Origin: Bdellovibrionota bacterium
GTDB taxonomy: Bacteria > Bdellovibrionota_C > UBA2361 > OMII01
Assembly (NCBI GenBank): GCA_044356215.1
Contig: JBIKWQ010000045.1
Span: forward strand, 1-28,067
Reading direction: 5' to 3'
DNA length: 28,067 bases
Position numbers and translations under genes: made by a program. A model generated the notes under the pieces. The model made no database searches. It saw only the letters and a program-made list of their open reading frames with translations, and had not been told where the DNA came from. Positions 18,717 to 26,904 of this stretch are shown here, in pieces (positions within the stretch are counted from its first letter, which is position 1; the number at the start of each line of letters is the position of its first letter).

Positions 18717-19640
18717 TTACCTATTCAAATTAATTTCATGATCGATGATATATAAGGGGCGATCTTTGGTTTGCTCGAAGATCCTTCCGATATATACCCC
18801 CGTGACTCCGACGCTCATTAAGATCAATCCCGTCGAGAACAGTATCGCCACAATTAAGCTAGGCCAGCCAGGCTGAAAATCGAAGAAGAAATAACGAGCT
18901 AATATATTTAGCCCAGCTAAAATCGATAGCCCCGCCAAGATGAATCCTGTGTAGGCGCTTAAACGCAACAGCTTATCCGAATGTGCAACCCATCCGTACA
19001 TACCCATCTTTAAGAGATCTAAGAACCCGTAACTTGACTCCCCTGAGTGACGAACGTGATGCTCTACCTCAACTGTGGTGTTGGAGAATCCGACCCACTT
19101 TAGGAGCGGTATGTAGAGCCTGTCTTTATCTCGCAGCCGCAAAAAGCATTGCGCCACCTTGCGCGAAAACAACACTAGAGTTCCATTATCTATTCCGTAC
19201 CTGCTATCCGAAAAAACCCCGAACAGCCGGTTATATAACCACGAGCAGAGTTTTTTAGCGGCGCTGTGTCTCCTCCCTATACGTCTGGTGAAAACAACTT
19301 CGTGTCCTTTTTGCGCTTCATGTAATAGTTTAGCGATATGAGCTGGATCGTCCTGAAGATCACAGTCCATCAGCACCACGTAGTCGCCGCTTGCCTTAGA
19401 TATTCCAGCCGTCACTGCGTAATGCTGACCGAAGTTTCTACTCAGCTTAACACCCTTTACACGTTTATCGCGCTCACAGTTCTCAACTATCTTCCGCCAA
19501 CTCTGATCCGGACCTCCATCTTCAACTAGAATAATCTCGTAATCGTCGGTCAGCTTAGACACCTCTTCACCGATACGAGACACCAAGAGATCAACTATCT
19601 CCTCGGCTCGATAGACTGGACTGACAACTGATATCTTCAT
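18717..19640 (-). CDS. GT2 polyprenol-phosphate glycosyltransferase (GtrB/ArnC-like)
   Basis: ISVVSPVY, SRNFGQ, MDCDLQDDP, two C-terminal TM helices and the YIGRIFEQTKDRPLYII motif. Confidence 0.9.
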   Translation of the reverse strand: MKISVVSPVYRAEEIVDLLVSRIGEEVSKLTDDYEIILVEDGGPDQSWRKIVENCERDKRVKGVKLSRNFGQHYAVTAGISKASGDYVVLMDCDLQDDPAHIAKLLHEAQKGHEVVFTRRIGRRHSAAKKLCSWLYNRLFGVFSDSRYGIDNGTLVLFSRKVAQCFLRLRDKDRLYIPLLKWVGFSNTTVEVEHHVRHSGESSYGFLDLLKMGMYGWVAHSDKLLRLSAYTGFILAGLSILAGLNILARYFFFDFQPGWPSLIVAILFSTGLILMSVGVTGVYIGRIFEQTKDRPLYIIDHEINLNR

Positions 19641-20326
19641 GAGAAGTACTTTAAAAATCTACGCGCTTGAGAACCGACATTGAATATCAGATCGAGTATC
19701 GTCACTCCGTGCTCAAATGGAGGATGTAATTGCGGATATTCGGGGTAGCCCCCGTAGTCAAAGTAAACTACATCAATTCCATTTTTTGTGAATTGCTCCT
19801 CCTCCATATAGTCTTTCGCCGCTGGGCCGGTCAGATATGTGGTCGCTGCCAGGTCACGACAGATCGATACTAATCGCTCTGTTTTTCCATCAGCTAGATT
19901 AAACTCGCGGCTATCTTTTATTTCAGCTCTAATGCCCAGGAACTGTAAGATCGCTCGAGCGAAGTGAAGGTTAATCTCGGTTAGGTGAGTATGCGTGGCG
20001 CTCATGTATAGATCGCGAACCCACGGCGATACCTCACCGTAACAAGGAGCTTTTCGATAAAGCTGCTCGAGCTGCTTCCAGTGGTTAATATTCCAATCCC
20101 TCTCTGCAACTACAGTCTCGTTTATTTTTTGATGAAACTTTCCCGTGACCTCTACGGGGACCGTCAACCATTTTAAGCCGTTTGGAGTCTTTACATAGTT
20201 TCTGTTACGCCAGTCACGCCTGGTAAATTGCATATCGTCGTAGATGACCCAGACATCACACCGCGCGATGTTGTCGAAGTAGCCCTTCCACGGGATGTAA
20301 TTTGACTGGGTGACTAATGCTTTCAT
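19637..20326 (-). CDS. WbqC family protein
   Basis: QSNYIPWKGYF, YDDMQFTRRDWRNRN, WLTVPV, YLTGPAAKDY and YPQL motifs; its stop overlaps the GT2 start (ATGA). Confidence 0.92.
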   Translation of the reverse strand: MKALVTQSNYIPWKGYFDNIARCDVWVIYDDMQFTRRDWRNRNYVKTPNGLKWLTVPVEVTGKFHQKINETVVAERDWNINHWKQLEQLYRKAPCYGEVSPWVRDLYMSATHTHLTEINLHFARAILQFLGIRAEIKDSREFNLADGKTERLVSICRDLAATTYLTGPAAKDYMEEEQFTKNGIDVVYFDYGGYPEYPQLHPPFEHGVTILDLIFNVGSQARRFLKYFS

Positions 20327-20564
20327 GTAATTCTATGCCCACGGTTTCTGCTCTCGCCTGTGGCATTAACTAGGATGAATAGAGATGTTTCAAAGTTTCC
20401 CAAAAGGTAGCTATCTGGCTGATCTAGCGGCAGAATTCCTTGATAACTATCTGAATTTACCCAATCCCCGCCTTTGTGGTGGTGTTTTGGAGCTAGCTGT
20501 ATCCCTTTTTCACGAATCCTAATCCTCTCGCCGATGCTCTTATAAATGTACGTACTCGAGAACT

Positions 20565-21917
20565 TTGACTTTAGATCCGCAAATCATGCAAAAGAAACAC
20601 CAAGCGGTTCCATTCAATCGACCTCACATGACCGGCCGTGAGTTGTTTTACGTCGCTGAGGCCCATTTCAACTGTCGCCTCGCCGGTGACGGTCCATTTA
20701 CCGCTAAATGTCACTCTTGGATTGAGAAGAACGCCGGCTGCGGCAAAGCTCTTCTAACTCACTCTTGCACCGCGGCACTTGAGATGGCGGCGATCCTTCT
20801 CGATATCAAGCCAGGTGATGAGGTTATTATGCCCTCGTACACCTTTGTATCGACCGCCAACGCCTTCGTCTTACGCGGTGGGATACCTGTTTTTGTTGAC
20901 ATTAGGCCAGATACTCTAAACATTGATGAGAAGAGGATCGAAGAGGCGATTACTCCTAAAACACGCGCGATAGTTCCAGTCCACTACGCGGGGGTGTCGT
21001 GCGAAATGAACACGATCCTTGAGATCGCCAAGCGTTACGATCTAAAGGTAGTTGAGGACGCGGCGCAGGGAGTTATGTCCAAGTACAGGGGCCGTCCCCT
21101 TGGCAGTATCGGCGATCTAGGAGCGTACAGTTTTCACGAGACCAAGAACGTTATCTCAGGTGAGGGTGGAGCTCTACTAGTCAACGATCCTAAGCTAACA
21201 AGTCGCGCTGAGATTATCCGCGAGAAGGGAACCGATAGAAGTAGGTTCTTCAGGGGAGAGGTTGATAAATACACCTGGCAAGAGGTCGGTTCTTCATTTC
21301 TTCCAGGGGAGATAATCGCGGCTTTTCTATGGGCTCAATTCGAGGAGGCGCAAACTATCACCAGTCGCCGTATTGAGTGCTGGAACCGTTACAATCTCTT
21401 GCTCGAGCCACTGGAGCGAGCAGGATTGATCCGCCGGCCATTTATTCCCCAAGAGTGCGAACACAACGCGCATCTTTATTACGTGATTCTCGCGGAAGGA
21501 ATCGATAGGCAGCAGGTGTTGGCAGCTATGAAGGACGAGGGAATAAACTCAATCTTTCACTACGTACCGCTGCACTCATCTCCAGCCGGAATGAGATATG
21601 GCCGAGGCAGTGGATCTCTGATTAATACCGACTCAATCTCTGAACGCTTGGTGCGGTTACCACTCTGGATGGGGATCTCTGCGGAGCAACAGCTAGCGGT
21701 CGTTGAGACCCTGAGAAAAGCTATCGCCCCTCAAACACCTGTATCTGGTCTAATGAACGCCATAAGCGATAATCTAAACGCATCGGCTACCCTAAGCGGC
21801 GAAGCGCAAGAAAAAAGTTCGAAGGGCCATGAAGTTTCCGAGGAAGGCGCAAAGCATAAAGATCAGAGCCCACGGAGTAATCGCGTTAATTCGATCCTCA
21901 GAGCCCTCATCAGATGA
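20565..21917 (+). CDS. wecE: dTDP-4-amino-4,6-dideoxygalactose transaminase (with an unusual C-terminal extension)
   Basis: GDGPFT, LTHSCTAALEMAAIL, SFHETKN (PLP lysine), EKGTDRSRFFRGEVDKYTW and FHYVPLH motifs; the start may be ATG 20586. Confidence 0.93.
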   Translation: MTLDPQIMQKKHQAVPFNRPHMTGRELFYVAEAHFNCRLAGDGPFTAKCHSWIEKNAGCGKALLTHSCTAALEMAAILLDIKPGDEVIMPSYTFVSTANAFVLRGGIPVFVDIRPDTLNIDEKRIEEAITPKTRAIVPVHYAGVSCEMNTILEIAKRYDLKVVEDAAQGVMSKYRGRPLGSIGDLGAYSFHETKNVISGEGGALLVNDPKLTSRAEIIREKGTDRSRFFRGEVDKYTWQEVGSSFLPGEIIAAFLWAQFEEAQTITSRRIECWNRYNLLLEPLERAGLIRRPFIPQECEHNAHLYYVILAEGIDRQQVLAAMKDEGINSIFHYVPLHSSPAGMRYGRGSGSLINTDSISERLVRLPLWMGISAEQQLAVVETLRKAIAPQTPVSGLMNAISDNLNASATLSGEAQEKSSKGHEVSEEGAKHKDQSPRSNRVNSILRALIR

Positions 21918-23399
21918 TTGGATTATCCACGCCAAACTCATCACTCCTAGCACCGCCGCGGTAGCATCGTAAAGATACGGATGAATCGAGTGTGACTGCG
22001 GAAAAACCGCCAGGTCGATTATTACTGGCGCGAACAGCGGAAAGATCATCTGAATTGATCCGTCACGCTTTGAGCCAAACAGTACTAAAACGATTGCCGC
22101 CAAGGCAGAGTACAACCCCAACCACATAGAGCTGACCTCGCGGAGTTGAAACTGTCCCTGTGGAGAAACAAGAGAGCGCCAAGCCATTCCGAGCGAACCT
22201 GCCCCACCTTGATCTAATCCACTTCTAAAGAGAACAGAGCTGCCGTGATATCCGAATCCTCCCAGCTTTGCTGTTAGACCTGTCGCTCCATAAGCTGCGA
22301 CCGAACAGACAACGATCGAAAGTCCAGCGTAGAAAATCAGTCGTGAACGACTACCGGAGCAATAAAACAGGACTAATGCCGCCCCATACATAACAGCCAA
22401 CAATGGGATAAATAGCGCCAAAAAGATGTGGGTGGAGAACACTAAGGCCGTCGCGCGCCTCGACGGCAACTCCTCATATTTAGCCAGAGTTGTTACACAT
22501 AGAATTATTAAACACGCGAACAGGGGGAAGCAATTATCGCCGTCGAAGAACATCGGACCAGTCCATATATCAGGAGTTGAGATTATCAACCCTGTTGGAA
22601 TAAAAAGAAGAGCTAAGAAGCGCGCGCGACGCTCAAGATCAAGGCGCATGCGCCAAGCCATACATCCGGGCAAAAGCAACGCGAAAAACACCCCGTGGAC
22701 AAAGGGCACTAATTTAATTCCTACATTGTATTGAATGCCGGCATACCACCTTATAAATTTCAGGATTAACCAATGTGGAATCGTATAGACATTAGTATAG
22801 CCGTGATACGAGAGACCCTTCTCATACTGAAACCATCTCATATCGAAGGTCAGGAATAGATGCTTCCAGAAAGGCTCCCTCTCCCAAATGCCAAAGGTAT
22901 ATGGGAAACGGTCTATCGCTGGGCTCTTCACAACCCAGATGTGCGAGCCCATGTACCAGACAACGAGAACGACTGAGACACCCATAAATGTAGTTGCCAA
23001 GGTCGCCACGATCTTCGCCCAAACCCGCGATTTAAACGAGCCCAGGATAAAATATGAGGCGAACAATGCGCTCCATGCCAATGGAATCGCGCAAAGAACA
23101 GCCTTAAGTTTAAATGGCTCAAGATTATCCACCGGTTTAGCCACCGTAATGAGGAGTGCCATTCCAGAGGCTACCATCATCCCTCCCTTAAGCAGCGGAT
23201 AATTCGATAGCTGTAGATCACCTTTTAGAATGCTCACGACCAACAGCAACACTGCTAAGAGTGCAAGCCATACAAAGAGGTCAAGGGGAACACTAGAGAC
23301 CCTAGAGCTTAGGGTAGCGGTAGCGACAAAAAGAGATGCGAGCGTCAACAGCTCATACAATTTTTTAACACCTAATAGAGACAGTAATTTGTTTAGCAT
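21792..23399 (-). CDS. Polytopic membrane protein, possible GT-C-type glycosyltransferase
   Basis: About 13 TM segments with extramembrane loops; adjacent to the amino-sugar cluster. The function is inferred from context. Confidence 0.55.
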   Translation of the reverse strand: MLNKLLSLLGVKKLYELLTLASLFVATATLSSRVSSVPLDLFVWLALLAVLLLVVSILKGDLQLSNYPLLKGGMMVASGMALLITVAKPVDNLEPFKLKAVLCAIPLAWSALFASYFILGSFKSRVWAKIVATLATTFMGVSVVLVVWYMGSHIWVVKSPAIDRFPYTFGIWEREPFWKHLFLTFDMRWFQYEKGLSYHGYTNVYTIPHWLILKFIRWYAGIQYNVGIKLVPFVHGVFFALLLPGCMAWRMRLDLERRARFLALLFIPTGLIISTPDIWTGPMFFDGDNCFPLFACLIILCVTTLAKYEELPSRRATALVFSTHIFLALFIPLLAVMYGAALVLFYCSGSRSRLIFYAGLSIVVCSVAAYGATGLTAKLGGFGYHGSSVLFRSGLDQGGAGSLGMAWRSLVSPQGQFQLREVSSMWLGLYSALAAIVLVLFGSKRDGSIQMIFPLFAPVIIDLAVFPQSHSIHPYLYDATAAVLGVMSLAWIIQSSDEGSEDRINAITPWALIFMLCAFLGNFMALRTFFLRFAA

Positions 23400-23496
23400 A
23401 ACAGCGCCTTGAAAGATTAAAAGAGCTCTTCTTTTGGGTTCAAACTCTTCCCGTAAGACTAAGGGAGCTTAAACCAGGATGGCAACCGGATAAATT

Positions 23497-23526
23497 CCTA
23501 GGGAAGGCCGGCAAAACCTTCCCTGG
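23497..23526. repeat. Short hairpin repeat GGAAGGCCGGCAAAACC
   Basis: CTAGGGAAGG-CCGGCAAAA-CCTTCCCTGG; near-identical copy at 27948-27978 and a weaker copy at 5637-5660. Confidence 0.65.
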
Positions 23527-23584
23527 CTCTCGTCACTATTCTCTCCTTCCTTCTAAGCTTCAAGATGTTGTAGAGTCGGGTGGT

Positions 23585-24268
23585 ATGAGTAACCCTAATA
23601 ATTCACAAATCAAGCCTGGCGCCATCATCGCTCCATCAATTCTCGCGGCGTCGATCGGTAATCTTGAATCTGAGGTCGACTCAGTCGTTGCCGCCGGCGC
23701 TGATTGGCTGCACGTTGATATTATGGACGGCTCGTTTGTTCCACCGATTACCTTTGGTGACAACGTTGTAAAATCGCTCCGTTCACGGGCGAACGTGCTG
23801 CTTGATGTGCACCTGATGGTGGTGGAGCCCGAACGACACTTCGAGGCCTTTAAAAAAGCTGGAGCAGATCGCCTGATTATCCACCAGGAGACCTGTCCGC
23901 ACCTCCATCGTTCACTCTCGGAGATCTCCTCGCTTGGTATTAAAAATGGAGTGGCGATCAATCCAGGAACTCCTGTTGAGTCGATCTATGATGTGCTCGA
24001 TATCTGCGATCTGGTTTTAATTATGACCGTCAACCCAGGTTGGGGGGGTCAGCCCTTTATTCCAAGCTCGCTCGGTAAGATCCGGCAGGTGAAATCAAGG
24101 ATCGATTCCCTTAAACAGACCAGGCCGATATTGATCGAGGTAGACGGGGGTATAAATCACGAAACCGCCAAGATGTGCCGCGACGCTGGAGCTGATGTTC
24201 TTGTCGCTGGTTCCTACGTGTTTAACGCGAGTGATCGCAAACAGGCGATATCGAGACTGAGAGGTTAA
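23585..24268 (+). CDS. rpe: Ribulose-phosphate 3-epimerase
   Basis: IAPSILAA, HVDIMDG, DVHLMV, MTVNPGWGGQ, IEVDGG and LVAGS motifs. Confidence 0.97.
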   Translation: MSNPNNSQIKPGAIIAPSILAASIGNLESEVDSVVAAGADWLHVDIMDGSFVPPITFGDNVVKSLRSRANVLLDVHLMVVEPERHFEAFKKAGADRLIIHQETCPHLHRSLSEISSLGIKNGVAINPGTPVESIYDVLDICDLVLIMTVNPGWGGQPFIPSSLGKIRQVKSRIDSLKQTRPILIEVDGGINHETAKMCRDAGADVLVAGSYVFNASDRKQAISRLRG

Positions 24269-24272
24269 CTCT

Positions 24273-24875
24273 GTGAGCACCTTTGTAGCGACCCTTATCG
24301 CGCTTATTCCTTTTTATCTGATAGGAACTTTCCCATCTGGTTATCTCCTAGCGAAACTGCGTGGGGTTGATATCACCAAGCAGGGAAGTGGGAATGTAGG
24401 GGCGACAAACGTGGCGCGCTCACTCGGTAAAAAGGCGGGGATCCTCACCCTTGTTCTTGATCTAACCAAGGGGCTCTTAGCGATCTATTTAGTCTCGCTC
24501 CTAGCCGATCAGGGCTGGTTCGTAGCGGCCGCGGCGGTCGCCGTTGTGTGTGGACACTGCTTCTCAATTCCTCCTCTGCTTAAAGGAGGCAAGGGGGTCG
24601 CGACCGGTTTGGGGGTCTTAATAGCGTTAGCTCCCGGCGCTGGCGTCACCAGTGTTGTTATCTTCGTTTTGCTCTTTAGCGCCACACGATTCGTGTCTCT
24701 CTCAAGCATAGTCGCGACTCTGTCAGCGCCGATCTACTCTCTGGTGACGAATCAACCCGAGGCTAAGAGCTTGGCGCTAATGGCGATCGCCTTAGTAATC
24801 GTTTACAGACACCGCGAAAATATCCAACGCCTAATCGAGGGACGCGAGACTAAGTTCCGGGCGTCTCGAAAGTAG
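24273..24875 (+). CDS. plsY: Glycerol-3-phosphate acyltransferase
   Basis: GSGNVGATNVAR, GH, GGKGVATG and HRENIQRL motifs. Confidence 0.96.
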   Translation: MSTFVATLIALIPFYLIGTFPSGYLLAKLRGVDITKQGSGNVGATNVARSLGKKAGILTLVLDLTKGLLAIYLVSLLADQGWFVAAAAVAVVCGHCFSIPPLLKGGKGVATGLGVLIALAPGAGVTSVVIFVLLFSATRFVSLSSIVATLSAPIYSLVTNQPEAKSLALMAIALVIVYRHRENIQRLIEGRETKFRASRK

Positions 24876-24895
24876 CGCGGGTGGCATAGTGATAT

Positions 24896-25046
24896 CAGGG
24901 CGTCGCGGTGTTTTTGGTAAGCTACGGGGATAATTAGTAGCATATTTTCACCACAGAGGACGCAGAGGACACAGAGGATCGCCGCAATTGCCGATAAATA
25001 GCCTACGCTCTGCGTCCTCTGTGGTGAAAAGAACCGCGATGCCCTC
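24896..25046 (+). mobile_element. MITE-like element, copy 4 (variant)
   Basis: 151 bp with ends CAGGGCGTCGCGGT/ACCGCGATGCCCTC and 10-bp TSD ATAGTGATAT (24886-24895, 25047-25056); divergent loop and shorter right arm. Confidence 0.9.
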
Positions 25047-25184
25047 ATAGTGATATCTGCCTCTTTGGCATGGGTATAAATTGCTGTATGATCTACAACA
25101 GTCTTGCTGCTGGGTAAGTGGTGGGAGGATGTACGTTATAGATTTACCCGTTTGGTCAGATGTTAAACTCTAAAAAGGATAATT

Positions 25185-25418
25185 ATGAATCTATCAAAGG
25201 CGGCTTTTGTTCTTGGCCTCGTATCGATCCCACTCTCAATAGCTTTTTGGTTTATGTCGCCAAATATAGCAGGATCGCAGTTTGAGGCGATTGCCGACGC
25301 CGCGGTTAGATCGGCACTCGCCGACGCCCATGCTGAGAGATGGGGAATCTTCGTCGGTCTCTGGGCGCCAACCCTGATCGCTTTGAGCATGGCTCTTAAG
25401 TGCCAGAAGGGGAATTAG
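25185..25418 (+). CDS. Small two-TM membrane protein (GIFVGLWAPT motif)
   Basis: AAGGA RBS, two hydrophobic helices and an ERWGIFVGLWAPT motif recalled from small conserved hypotheticals. Confidence 0.7.
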   Translation: MNLSKAAFVLGLVSIPLSIAFWFMSPNIAGSQFEAIADAAVRSALADAHAERWGIFVGLWAPTLIALSMALKCQKGN

Positions 25419-25490
25419 GCTAGGTCCTACAAATATGGTAACGTAACGGCTCCGCGGATTTTTAGATCCCCGCGGTTATTACGTTGCTAT

Positions 25491-26588
25491 ATGCTGAGAA
25501 GTTACGAGAATATTTCAGAATCTGGCGGGAACCAGCCTAAGCTTGATCAAGGGCTATTGGATCCGCGCGCCTTTGCTCCGAGGGCTTTCTACGCTCGTGC
25601 TGAGGAACTCGGTATGTCACGAGAGATGGCTCGCCGCTGGGCCGGCTCGGTTGTAGGCAGGGGTGAGCGGGATGTCAGTACTGTCACCACAAACGCTCAG
25701 ATAGCTAAAAAGTTCTGGGGGCACTTAAGTGACCTACCTTCAATTACATTAACCAAGCATGCGCGCTCAACTGTTGATGGCTTTGAGAAGCTACTCTTCT
25801 CGACCCACGATGGTATGTCGATTGAGACCGTTCTCATTCCGCTTCACAAAGAGGGAGCCGTTAGCCTCTGCTTATCTTCTCAGGTAGGGTGCGTGATGGG
25901 GTGTGTCTTTTGCGCCACAGGTAGGATGACCACACGGCGCAATCTTAGTTCATGGGAGATCCTCGACCAGGTGGCTCAAGCGCGCGCTATCGTTCAGTCT
26001 CAGGGAAGAAGGGTCACAGGGGCTGTATTTATGGGGATGGGCGAGCCATTTCTCAATTTTGAGAATGTGATTAATTCCGCGGATTGGATGCGGCAGCCGT
26101 TAGAAAACGCCATCTCCGGCAAAGCGATTACCGTCAGCACTGTTGGTCTTGTAAGAGAGATCGAGATTTTTACAGATCTCGCGCTCCCGTTTAGATTATC
26201 TATTAGCTTAGGAGCAGCAACAGACGCCAAGCGCGCAAAGTTAGTCCCGGTAGCCTCGAGAACTCCTGTTGCGCGAGTTATGGAGGCGGCCAGACGACAT
26301 GCGCTTACAAGGAAAGACCGGATAAATTTAGCTTATGTTTGCGTAGGTGGTGAGAACGTAAGCGAGGATGACGCGATTGAGTTAGGGAGATTAATCGGTG
26401 ACACTCCGGTAAGGCTAGATCTGATCGATGTTAACGACTCATCTGGTCAGTACAAACCACCTTCTCAGAGTGAGTTAAAAAATTTCCGCGACGCGCTCGC
26501 GAAGCATCTTAAGCAACCGGTCGCGCGAAGATACTCAGGTGGTTCTGACATCGCGGCGTCATGCGGGGCTCTGGCTGGGGCGGAGTAG
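25491..26588 (+). CDS. RlmN/Cfr-family radical SAM RNA methyltransferase (divergent)
   Basis: IETV, LCLSSQVGCVMGCVFCATG, MGMGEP, ITVSTVG and DIAASCGAL motifs. Confidence 0.85.
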   Translation: MLRSYENISESGGNQPKLDQGLLDPRAFAPRAFYARAEELGMSREMARRWAGSVVGRGERDVSTVTTNAQIAKKFWGHLSDLPSITLTKHARSTVDGFEKLLFSTHDGMSIETVLIPLHKEGAVSLCLSSQVGCVMGCVFCATGRMTTRRNLSSWEILDQVAQARAIVQSQGRRVTGAVFMGMGEPFLNFENVINSADWMRQPLENAISGKAITVSTVGLVREIEIFTDLALPFRLSISLGAATDAKRAKLVPVASRTPVARVMEAARRHALTRKDRINLAYVCVGGENVSEDDAIELGRLIGDTPVRLDLIDVNDSSGQYKPPSQSELKNFRDALAKHLKQPVARRYSGGSDIAASCGALAGAE

Positions 26589-26612
26589 GGATTAAAAGAA
26601 GAGCGGTGAAGC

Positions 26613-26882
26613 TCACGCCGCGAACTTTAGTAGCATCTCGTTAATAATAGACTGATAGGGAATAGCGCGTTTTTTCGCTTCTTTCTTTAACCAACTCAAG
26701 GCTTTGGGATGCAATCTAATTGAAACTGGGATGAATTTTTCGTTTGATGGCTTTGGGGGCCTGCCGATTCTTTTGGCTCTCTTTTTGCCAGTCAACTTTT
26801 CGATCGCTACTCTTCCCTTGGCGACCTCTCTTGATGTAACTCTCCTGGATCTTTCAAATGGGAACTCTTTTGTTGATGTCAT
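26613..26882 (-). CDS. BrnA-like antitoxin (ribbon-helix-helix)
   Basis: GRPP..VSIRL..LSWLK..YQSIINEML pattern; the real start is probably ATG 26882 (MTSTKEF). Confidence 0.75.
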   Translation of the reverse strand: MTSTKEFPFERSRRVTSREVAKGRVAIEKLTGKKRAKRIGRPPKPSNEKFIPVSIRLHPKALSWLKKEAKKRAIPYQSIINEMLLKFAA

Positions 26883-26904
26883 ATAGGGCCTTCTCTTTTC
26901 TGCT
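26854..26904 (-). pseudogene. 3' remnant of a BrnT-like toxin gene
   Basis: SRKEKALYDINKRVPI* overlaps the antitoxin start in a different frame and resembles BrnT C-termini (AxRKERxxY). Confidence 0.45.

Noticed and set aside
4230..25046. CRISPR array or attC cassette sites
   Set aside because: The repeats are dispersed by kilobases, have TSDs, and lack spacers and GTTRRRY cores; there is no cas or integrase gene
25163..25390. 75-aa minus-strand ORF and other short antisense ORFs in the track
   Set aside because: Shadow frames of better-supported genes
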